Assembly (NCBI GenBank): GCA_010909165.1
Contig: MU008166.1
Location: 1,302,001 to 1,366,000, forward strand
Reading direction: 5' to 3'
Source of the DNA: Anthoceros angustus
Taxonomy: Eukaryota; Plantae; Anthocerotophyta
DNA length: 64,000 bases
Shown here: one piece after another, positions 1 to 10,799 of the stretch
Position numbering within the stretch: the first letter of the stretch is position 1
Layout: every line of letters starts with the position of its first letter
Program-made: the position numbers and the translations under genes
Notes under the pieces: model-generated
Told to the model about the DNA's origin: nothing
What the model saw: the letters and a program-made list of their open reading frames with translations, nothing else
Database searches by the model: none

Positions 1-291
1 CAACCCCTAGCCGGGACCTCGACCGCCCGACCATCCTCCGCTTCTTTGCCCGGCCCGCAAGTGCACCATGGCCAGATTGGCCCCAGTCACGCCTGGGGGC
101 GTACCTTCGCCAACCCGCGCTCGTGGCTAGGAAGTGCAGTGCATGGAGTAGGCGAAGGCGGGCCACAGCGCAGTATCGGTGTGAGTTGGGTGCGAAGCTT
201 TTCGAATGTCGTCATTTGGGTTGTGGTTGATGGGTTGTGGTGGGTCGCCCTCAGAGGTGAAGTAGCTTGGATCCATTTCGCGCCGACTATG

Positions 292-2089
292 CTACCGTGA
301 AGAAAAGGAAGGAGGAAGGGTGTCAAATTGTGAATTGGGAAGTTCATGTGGTAGCCGGCTCCGAACTCTGACGCTATTTCCCTGCGCTTTCTTCCCAAGG
401 GCTGGCTTTCCTGACCATCCGCATCGGGTGTGTATGGTCAAGTAGCCGAGTTCGCTGAGCTGGGACGCCACGATGTTTGCAATTTGGGTCTTCAAGAGGT
501 GCGGCAAGAAGGCGTGTCGGCGGAAATGGTTTCTCCGGCGAGGTTGACAAGTTAGACAATCAAGCACCGCTTCAAAGACTCAAGGCAATTAAAGGCTGTA
601 CTGCCGTCGTCAGTGCAGGCACAACATTCATGACACCAAGCTTGCGGAGGTTCATAATTGAACTCCACCGCCCTACCCGCAACTGGCCGGGAGGCCGCTG
701 TAATGCGGATGCGCATGAGCTGAAAAGTCTGTATGGGATCGAGCTGCCTCTTGAAGTTGCGTCGCCTCATTTTCCGATCTCGCGGTGTTTGAAATGAGCA
801 TAAGATTTATGCAAAAAAGTAAAGTTGTGAAGTAGTCGAGTCGGTTCGTACGCTGTGCAATTGGCGTGATCTGAATCGCATTGCTTCCATCCTAATTGCG
901 AAGCCTCAAAGTATAACATAGTGTTCGTGGAAATTGTTACCGACACAAACCATTGTTCCTTGCATGCATCGACATGTCCGTGCGTGATTACATCGTTGTG
1001 TCCTTGGTCGACTTGCGTGGCGGACTGAGCTCGCGGACCCGATCCAGACGATCTGTTGCAAGCGAGGTCGGAGGTGACGGAGAGGACTTCGATTCTGGCA
1101 CCCGCTGGCGGATCTCGATGCGGCGGATCTCGCTCGGCGTTCAAAGGTCACGGAGATGTGTTGTCGATGATCTGTGAGCGCCCGGCATACTACCTGGAAA
1201 GAATAGTTCGATATGATGATGGGTGGCGGCTTCGGATGGATCGATCATGTTGCTGCCTTTGTTTGTTGATCCTTGTGTTAAGAACCTGTGCATGGAGATA
1301 GCAATGTTTTTAAATTGTTCACCGAAATGGCAGAGCGATACATGTGAGTTTTATGGTGGCTACTAGGCTTTTGGCATTAACAATGGGGTCCTGCGGTGTA
1401 TTTCTGTCTGGCTAAAGTGTTTCTTGCCTTGTGGACTTGAAAGGTTGCGTGCTGGCGGTTACCCACGAGTTTTCCAGACACGGATCCGCCAAGGAGATGC
1501 TGCTCCAATGGCATACACTGAGTATTTTTCTTGCCCTGTATTTTTTCAATGAGTCCTACCATTGATTTCCATGATCCAAGGTTCTCGGTGTGCGTGAGAA
1601 TGCTGGTCAAAAAATGCTGCTCTTCATGTGTGCGGAGAGAAAGCTGAGGTGAACTATCAGGTTTGAGCTTGTGGGATAGTGCTTGGCTGCCCTTGCAATT
1701 GAGATTAGCCTGCTGGGATGCAAAGCATTTCGTCATACTCTAATGCTATTGTCTTTTGCTGCAGATTTGTGAACCGCCCTAATGAATTGACGGAGGCCAA
1801 ACCGGCTGTAAAGCCAACTCCTCCTCAAAATCCGTTGCCACCATGGCTCAAATCGAGGCATGCGCAATGTTGGGCTCCTTGAGTTGCGCAGATGACCGAA
1901 ATTGTTAGCGGTCATCATGCCGACTTGTTTGTAAGCTTCTCTTTGATCATAGCAACCCGGCGCAGAACTAACTTGCAAGTGCACGTGGATGTTTTTGTTC
2001 GCAGTTTCGACCGCAGAGGGGCTAGGGATGGGCCATCGATAAGTGAAGTTGAGCACAACATATGTGGTCTTGTGACCTCCTATCGACAA
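292..2089 (-). pseudogene. Degenerate, probably multi-exon coding region; possible C48/Ulp1-like peptidase remnant
   Basis: Minus-strand frames give protein-like stretches: (Q)WFVSVTISTNTMLYFEAS at about 960-900, resembling Ulp1 HW...YxDS, and VEFNYEPPQAWCHEC at about 670-625, with Q-x5-C spacing as in Ulp1 PQQxNxxDC. The catalytic His and Asp positions are substituted (Q, E) and the spacing is long, so the assignment is weak. Confidence 0.3.
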
Positions 2090-2279
2090 GGGTGTTCAGG
2101 AAATGATAAGTCTTTATGTCATTTGCTCATTGTATACTGAAGGTTATACACGGGGCTAAAGCTTCTGCCAGGTGCGCATTTTAGGAGCCTAGGCCCATGG
2201 CGTCCCAACGTTCCTACGACGAAATTTCATGTAAGCTTGCCCGGCCACTGCCTCTGTTGCCGCTTCTTAGCTATACCAA

Positions 2280-2893
2280 GTCATAACCCCTCGTCAAAGT
2301 CATCAAGAATCGTTGAGTCCACACATCAAAGAAACACAACTACAACGAAAATGACTACTGAAAATGACTGTCTCTGAAATGACACTTACTATGAAGTGTA
2401 AAAGTAAAAGAACTGGTACATTATATTTCATCCAAAGAGAGAGAAAAAATAGTTATAAGGTGTCGTGAGCAGCAACTCTAAAATTCTTCCACGGACCTCG
2501 GCTGCCTCGATGCCGCGGTCGGATGGAGCGTCGGCTCGGCGCTCCTACGCCCGAGGGGAACGGCGCGTGGCGGCCTAGAACGGTCTCGAACGGCCTCACT
2601 CGCTTTTGCACTGTGACGCCTCCAAGGTCTGGTTTCTAATACATCTAGGGTATAACATCAATCAACATTATCTAGGGCCCAAAGACGCCTCGCAACACCT
2701 AGGGTATAACACTCACCGCACATCTAGGGCCCAGTATTCAATCGCGAACACTGCATAACACTCACCAGCTGCATAACATCTAGGGCCTAGCCTTCCAAGT
2801 AGCCAATATATATAAGATTAACTCCTCGCATATGTAATCACAGAAAGACCGTGACTCAAAGCGCCAATATAATGAGCTTGTAATTGGATAACA
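2280..2893 (-). repeat. 3' LTR of the gag-protease element, with internal short repeats (CATCTAGGG / ATAACACTCACC at about 2640-2790)
   Basis: Begins TGTTA on the minus strand immediately after the PPT. The left boundary is approximate (...GGGGTTATGAC). Confidence 0.55.
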
Positions 2894-5340
2894 TCCTTAT
2901 CTTCACCTCGATTCGAATGTGAAAATATCATTCCAATCATTTGCCCATTCCATATAGGGGCCAAGAACTCAAGATGTCACCGGGCAAGATACCATGCCTT
3001 GGTCAATCTCACTTTATCCTCAAAAGGTTCTATGCCTTCTGATCTTCTAATTTATCCGCCAACGACGGGGTACATATTCCACCGAGGTTTCCCAAATTTC
3101 TAGTTCTCGCCAACACAAGATCCCGTCTTGGCTCCCAGGCTTTAACAATAAGTTTTGCCCGCCTTCCGCCCACAACCCTGCTCATCCTCGGCCGCTTTGT
3201 CGGAATGGTGTTCCCAACACCTTAGGGACCTTTTCTCCCGAAGATCCATCTAGCGAAGCTTTCCGCAGCTCTTTTCTCACATCATGCATGGCTCGTGGAG
3301 AGACGTGCTCTCACCTGATTTCACCGTTTGCAAGTAGGCTTGTCGCTATGGACAAGCTCAGCTTCTGCTGCATGCCTGCCATCATGGTTAGAGGCCTTCA
3401 TGCGGCTCACCACACTATCACTCGGCAGCGCCGCCCTTCTCCATATATCAACCCCTTCAATTTGGCATTACACTCCGGGTCATGTAGTCAGGGTGCTAGG
3501 TGAAAGTTTTGATACCCACCGGATTGGGTAGTCTATTGTGTGGATGTGAGAACGCCTTCAATACCATTTCCGGCCATCTTGAGGAGCTTAGGATGTCAAG
3601 CAAGGCCCTAGGGAGTCTTATACCTTGTCCGTGCTTACGGAGGTCTCCAACTTACTACCAAAGACAAGAACGCCTCTTCGTGTTTCGCTGCCTTGAATCC
3701 TACCATGTGTACTGTGTAAGTGCCACGCTTAGGCGGTGCTTTCGCTATTGCTCACTATAGGCTCCCTAGGCCGCCTCCTCCGCGACTGTCTTCCCTTCGG
3801 GCATTTACTCTCACATCCTCAGCCGGGACAAAGTCAAGGAGGCCTTTGAGATATTCTTCCGAAGCTGCCAGGGCTTGAAGGTCAAGATGTCCAAGGGTTG
3901 GTCCCCCCGCTGGATCCCGCTTACCTGCGGCTCACGGGAGATTGCTCCCATTTTGGTCTTGGATTCTGGGGTCCCCTTGGTTCTCCCGACTTCATTGGGA
4001 GCTCGACAAGGCCCTTGCAGGACCTCTCCCATATTGAAGACCTCCCTTTGGCCGGAGGATGCTCAGTGTGCCTTTGGAATCTTTTCCTTCGCTAGGCGCC
4101 TGGTACTCATCCAGACGCCGCCTCCGCCTCCTGGCCTTTGTCCTGGGGTTTGATACGTAAGATTATGGATACCTTGGGACATCCTCCTCAGGGCTTTTGC
4201 CCTGGGCGACTGCCACTGCAAGCATCCCCGCCTGCAATTTGAGGCGAGGGACTGCCTTCACCTCGAGGTCTTCCCTGGCGGCTTTCTGGGAGTTGGGCCT
4301 TCCGCCTTGGCTTCCTGCTTCATCCTCCATGACAAGCCCTTTCTCGAGGATCTCGTATCAAGTGTGGAGGAGGGAACCTTCTCTCTCAATCGTCCTTGAG
4401 GCGGGCCGGAGACATGTTATCGGCGGATGCTCGGAAGGACTTCCTCCTTTCTCTACATTTATCATGATGGCTTTAGGGATTGCGAGGCATCTACTGCTCG
4501 GGCTCGGCCGAGCTTTTGATCATCCTCCGGGACCCTCCATCTCCAGGTCCACTAGGCGCGGCTCGCTCTTGTTACAGGAAGGGAGGCGGTGCTCTTGGCC
4601 GCCCATGCATCATGAGATTTCACGCCGCGCAACCACCTTCACTCTGCGATGCGATTAGTCTCGGCCTACTCCGCTGTGGCTTCTTGCTCCTCACTTGTGA
4701 GTGCGGCTCTTGGCGTCTCGGTGTCCACCTTGCTCGTTGTCCCCACGAGTCGCCGCATTGCCACTCATGGCGCCATCCGTGGCGTCATGTTTGCCATTGC
4801 TTTCGAAAGTGGCTATATGGCTGGAGGGAGGCGGGAGTATACTCTTCTTACGGTCGTTCAATCGGCGGACTTATACCTTGTCGTGGCGACCCGGTTGTGG
4901 TGGCGGATGTGGATTCTGACCACCTGCGTGGCGCCACCTCTCATCACCAACCGTCCAGTGGTGCTGCCCGTCTGACTCTCAAGGTCATAAGTATAGCGGG
5001 ATGCAAGCGGCCACCTCTTTATCCGCTTGCTCTAAAGCGTATGGGGCAATGGTGAGGACTTTGACAAATTCATCAAGTCTTGTGCCAAAGCTTACACCAT
5101 GAGGCATAGTCTTGTTGTCCCTCTCGTACTTCCACATACTTTCGGCGGGTTTCTATTGCTCTTCAGGGCTCTCAGCGATTCTCCATAAGGCGGCGGCGGT
5201 GGGTGATGCCTTTCCTCTTCAACAAGGTCTCACTTAGGACCGGTGGTAATGACTCCACAGTCACTAGTTGGAAGGGTGGACACGGGTCTAAAGGTTCACA
5301 AAAGCCACCCAAAACCATGTTTTCGATTTCATTAAAAAAA
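2280..5340 (-). mobile_element. Ty3/Gypsy-like LTR retroelement encoding only gag and aspartic protease; 5' LTR not found
   Basis: Frameshifted gag-like text (DEFVKVLTIA..EQADKEVAACIPLYL) at about 5100-5000 and protease-like text (RALLD) near 3600. A purine tract AGGTGAAGATAAGGA (2908-2894) directly precedes TGTTATCCAA (LTR start at 2893). No RT, RNase H or integrase motifs lie between the protease and the PPT. Confidence 0.6.
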
Positions 5341-6129
5341 CCCTAAACCTAGGAGCAAATCATAGAGGATCTGTTTTCCGTGTTTGTATGTCGCATCTCA
5401 TATTAGTTTGGCTAACCAGTGGTACATTGCCTATAAATGCGAGATTTGAAAATCGTATGGACAACCAACGCGCAATGGAAAGTCCATGTGTTGCGTCGGT
5501 GTCCACCGTCATGGTCGCCGCTCCGCATTAGTGGGGAGGGTCGGTGGCACCGGACGCCTGCATAAACCTTGCATCTCCCCGCCCAATGTCGGCGGGGGAG
5601 GAAGATTTTGACCGCCTACCGCCATGTTCCAGACACTGCGAGCCGCGACTCGTCGCGAATCGCTTGGAAGTGGCTTGCCAACGCCAATTTTTGCAAGCGA
5701 TGGAGACCCCACCTCGGCTACCATCAAACGAGAATTCCACATGGGCGATGGAAGTTGCCCGCACCGGTGGCAATCACAACATGGGCAGATTCCTTTCAAG
5801 CACGCCTCGAGTGATCCCCGCTTCATTGCTTGGTCCTTAAGGAATTTCGTTGAGGCGGGCAGCGCAAACTCGACATCACAGGTAACGTGTTGATCAACAC
5901 CGGATTCCACTACCGCTGGAGCAGGAATGGTGTGGAGGCAAAGGAGCACCGACATTGTCCAGTGTACTTACCGTGGTCAAGGATAAAATTGAGAAAGTGT
6001 GTACATATGTGTACAGAGGTGTGTTAGAAATTGTCATCTTCGAAAGCGTGATCATCGTCAGATTAACATTGTCAGATCATGAGTGTTGAAATGATTTGTC
6101 AGACCATTGTCTCTTGAAAATCCTTACCT

Positions 6130-9100
6130 TGCTCGACAGGCAAAGAACAGACGTTCTCTCATCAATACCCGGCCAATCTTCTGAACACATTCTCCGGAAT
6201 CGCCACCACTCCCATGCTTCGGCTTCTGCTCCACCAAAGACCGTGTTCAGGTCTGCCTAGGACCGCCTGTGGACCTTGCCCCTGATGCATACCACCGTCC
6301 GGGCTTAAGACCCACACCGGTTCCTCCTACCGTAATCCTCAAACAAACACGTAGCCTATCCATCGTCCGCACGACACACCTCGATCTGTGGAAGCAAAGT
6401 TTTCCAATCCTACATCCCCACCATCCGGCCAAGCACCCGAGGAGGGTGCTCTTCCGCCTCCTTCACTTGCCGCCCGCATCCCCAAGGACCATTGAGTCGC
6501 CGCATGCTTCACCAGCCATATGACCCTTGGTCTCGTGCTTCTTGGTCTCGCTCAACGACATATGAACCCCGGCACCATGTTGTTCACCATGGGCTCCTTA
6601 TTGAACGTCTTCCGCCCATAGCTGCCTCGCCCACCTCCTCCTCTTCCGCTTGGCCACCCATGGAATTGATTCAAGGTCCATGAATTGAGCGCACTGGATC
6701 CACATCAATGTAAATGACATTACGGCATAATCGAATGCTATCATACCCGACTGATCCTCGCACCGCCCAAAGACCCAATCTCCATACACCGAATCAACCT
6801 CTTCAAGAGTCTTAGGGGCTTCGATAGGGGAAACAACCCGATCATCCGCAGTGTTGTAACACAATTTTAGTTCCACCGCGCTCGCAACACATTGTCACTC
6901 CACCGCCAAGTTGCGCTTGCTCGAGCACAAACGGTTGAGGCACACAATCCTTATCCAAGCTCTCGCGCAAGTGAAAAGTCCCCATCGCATACTGCCCTCC
7001 GACAATGCCGCACATTGGTTTTATGCCGAATATGTCGCCACAAAGACCGCACGCCCATCAAGACTTCTCTAACCATAGATGTGTCATCCGGAGAATGGAA
7101 GACCACACGAACACTGGATGTGGTGATGCCTTTGAACCGCATGATGACCCCTTCAAACTCGCCTTGGTAAATCTTGTGTCATACTCGTGATTGGGGATCT
7201 AGATCCAAGCCTGGGAGGTCTAACAACAAAGCATACGGTCGGGGCTCTACAAACCGGGCCATGTTCACTATGTTCCACGATCCCGACCTTGCCGGGTTTT
7301 TCCGCTTGGAGTCGCTCACGATTGTCATCGCCTTATCCTCGTGTGGTCGATTTCAAGGCACGCTATGACTCCTCCATCTCGCTTGCTCGCCTTGAATATG
7401 TGCTCCTTGAAGTTCTCGTAGGCACCCCACTCAAGGCAAGTGTTGGCACGCCGCACATGAAAGACACATCCCACCGCCAAATGCAAGCACGCTCACCGCT
7501 CGAATGTACGGTGAATGCCTCCACTTTCCATGACTTATAAGGACAAGAAGCAAGACAAGAGAGAAACTCGATTTGGAGCTAAGTGTTCATCGAGGACCAC
7601 GATTTTTGAAGGCAGTGGAAGTTACTAACTGATTCACCATGCAATCGGATATCGCTCGAACCTCTTCAAATGTCTCACAGGCAAATGCTTGGCCGGTCAC
7701 ATGGATGAGGTTGAGTTTTTGGCCTTGTCCACCCACACGAACATTTGTTTCAATGTCAATTCTCCAGCCTGTGACTTTCATGCTGTTTTCAAGTTGTTGT
7801 TCCCAGCACTGCTCGATGCCCGAAACACTTCCATACCCTCACCGTATACTAAGCTCCTTTGTGTCAATGACCAAGTTTGCTCTAACCGGGCCGTTGTCTT
7901 CCTTGAATTCCTCGGGCGACTTTGTTCGTGAGAGCCCGAGCCGCTTCCACCGCCAGCAACTGCTTGCCTCCACTTCTCAAAGATTTCATCCACGCATTTC
8001 CACACCTCATCATCAACCTTCGCAACACAATAATCCAAAGGTCCTGCTATCCACGAGTGATAGTGACCTTAGGTCCATGCTTGGTCGCATCCCACTTAGG
8101 AACCCCGCCACCGGCATATATCTCCAACTTCCAAAAGTCACACTTCACATCATAGCCCGGCCTTCATCTCGCCTGATGTACCTCACGGTCGAAAGTAAAA
8201 GTCTTCCGGCATCCGCAATGGTGTTGTGACTGGCAACTAACCTCATCTCCTCATTTGTGAGGCGAAGAACATATGCATCCATCCACTGCATTTTGAACCA
8301 ATGGATACAAGTTTTAGTCTAGATCCGCCCGGAAGGAATGATTCCTCCAATACATAAAATTTGTACACCCCGATCCACCTTATCCATGTCAAAGAAGTTC
8401 TTGTTGGGACACTGGGTCTACAATGACAATCATGGGCACACACCACCCACGTGGAATGCTTCATCTTTTGCATCAAAGCCTCCACCCAAGTCTAGCTTAC
8501 TTGCCAAACCGACATAGTTCTTCCGAGGTCTACAATCTGATGGACAGCTTTAACGTGGACTCCCATACTCTCTTTTCCCGCAATTGCCTCCTCGCAACAT
8601 CTCTCCCCACGCTCGCTAGCCTGTCCATCCGTACACAAGACTGCCCTTGGCCTTCTATGAACTTTGGGAGCTCGCCCCTCCTGACATCATGTGCCATCTG
8701 CTTCGCCGCACTTGTTGACCTTCCCACCCCGCCCTCCACGATTGCCAAGACTCTCAATCCCTTCCTCTTTTCCTCGATTGTCTACCCGAATCGGATCGAC
8801 TTGAACCCTTCGTGCCATGCAGACCAAATCCCCGGCCCGTTGCATCCACCGCCCCATCGTCATCTTCCACGCTTCGCCGGGCCTCGGATATGATCCACCG
8901 GCCCGGGCCATCGCCAATGCCATCGCCAAACCCCTCATTGTCCTCCCCACCCGCATCCTCATCTTCGTCACGGCTAGAGAGGTTAGGGTGACATCATCGC
9001 AGCCGCCATGGGCTAGGAAAAACCTGCTGAGTGGGCGGACTGTGTTTGACTCAAGCACCGGACGTCCGTGGCTCGCAACCCCTCTTACCATTTCGCAAAC

Positions 9101-9919
9101 TAGTTGTCAAACGTGTCCTGGAATTATATTTTGTGCCACCACCTTTTGTTGCGCTTACCGCAGATCATGCATATCGCTGGTTGCAACGACCGCCTCGCAG
9201 TGCATGGATTTGCCTCGATCCCATTCGCACTAGGAGTTGCCATTTGATTTCCACCGGCAGATGCCATGCTAGGGGCCTTCTCCGCAACAAGATGCCCTTT
9301 CGATGTAAGCAATGCATCATCCCGCACACCTTCTAAACATTGGTGCAAAGCCTTGTGGAAGACACGATGTCCATCACCGTGTCGCAATGCCTTCTTGCCT
9401 TTTCCGCCTCGTTGGCACGCCACAATGTCAAAGTTCTTCACCGCAAAGACTGTATACTCTAATCCATTGCGGGTCCATTTAAGAGGCTCCTTGTGCTTGA
9501 GCCGATCGAATATGACGACACCGCTCATCCTTCATGATCGATCACAGAAAACAATCGCCCCGCACATTTCTTTTGGTGTGGTTCGTGATCCTCCTCCATC
9601 GACACACAAGAAGAGCAAGTCTTGATTGCCGCTGTAATCGCCCAACTTCTCTTTGTAATGTCAAATGGCGAGATCATCTTGTACATCCGTGGATCAAGTC
9701 GGACCGCTTGTAAGGACTCGGAAAGATGCCTTGGTCGGGATGCTCTTGTGGAAAGACCCATCGTGGCGCAGCTTGAGTTGTCCTTGGAGTCCGGCTGGTC
9801 TGGGCTCGCCGCCTCGCTCAAGGCCCGTGAGTCTGCTCTTCCGCCGCGCTTTTTTTCTCCACCGGAGCGTCATGCGATTTGCTGGAGTCATTCTTCCGCT
9901 GAGCCCTTCGAGGAGCCAT
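6130..9919 (-). pseudogene. ParB/Srx-like domain fused to a beta-class N6-adenine/N4-cytosine DNA methyltransferase (N6_N4_Mtase-like); frameshifted
   Basis: ATG at 9919 after an acceptor-like ...TTTCATAG/TACAG. ParB-like motifs: PMIVIVDP (8436-8413), YKFYV-I-GGNHS (8365-8335, needs 2 bases restored) and LTNEEMRLVASHNTIA (8262-8212). MTase motifs in beta order: YALLLDLP-G (motif IV-like, D at 7220-7218), VVFHS (about 7100), GDWVF..GS (motif I-like, 6783-6745) and RNVIYIDVDP (motif II-like, 6724-6695). A GTAAG donor lies at about 6128. Confidence 0.7.
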
Positions 9920-10799
9920 TCTGTATGCAACTATGAAAGAAGTGAGAACACGTAAGTGTTTAGATTGTTAAAAGATACCGCATGAGCCGCAACTTCTCGA
10001 ACACGGACATGCAAGCGGAGTTGATGGGTTGATGCTCAGACGACTAGCCCACCGCACTCGAGCAGCAATTGCACGCCGATGAGGAGGTCGATGTGTCCGA
10101 CATTCGCATGCCGCCCGCTACCGATGGACAAAGTGCGGTGAGTGAGAACGACCTGCTTTTCCAAATCTGCAATCTCTTGCTTTTCCGCCCACACAAGCTA
10201 GATGGAAATACACATCTTCCCGCCAAAGCGAGAATGAATCTATACCATCCGAAAGGTGGGGTGTGCTTCATGAAGGAAGACACAGGCAAGGCAGCCTGTA
10301 ATCAAGCAACTCCTTAAATGCTTTGTCGCCGGCGTGTTTTGCCATTGTCCGCTAATGTGGCAATGCAAATTTGAGCATATTCTATATATGCTAGTTATGC
10401 CAGGCTAAAATAGTGTTCATGTGGCATAACGATGGGCACCTAGAGTGATTCAAAGATCCACCGACTAGCAACGTGACATACCACGCTTCCTACCGCAAAG
10501 TGGGCACATCGACTTCATTGCCGATTTAGTGCGAAGGCTTATTTCGCACGGCCGGTGTATCGAGTCCATCATCCACTTCTCATCCTCCTCCTCCTCACTG
10601 GACGCCACGCCCCTCCGGTGAGAGCAATGGCCAACGGCCAGCGACGCGAAGGCGTGTTCGATTTTGCAAATTTCAGCCGGCGGGTCGATGCATCCCCGAA
10701 CTGGTGGCCATGAGTCCGACGACTCAATTGTTGATCTCCGATGATGCCCGCACAACCCCGTCGTAGTTTTAGAGGATGATTCAGGCTATGGCGGCCGCG

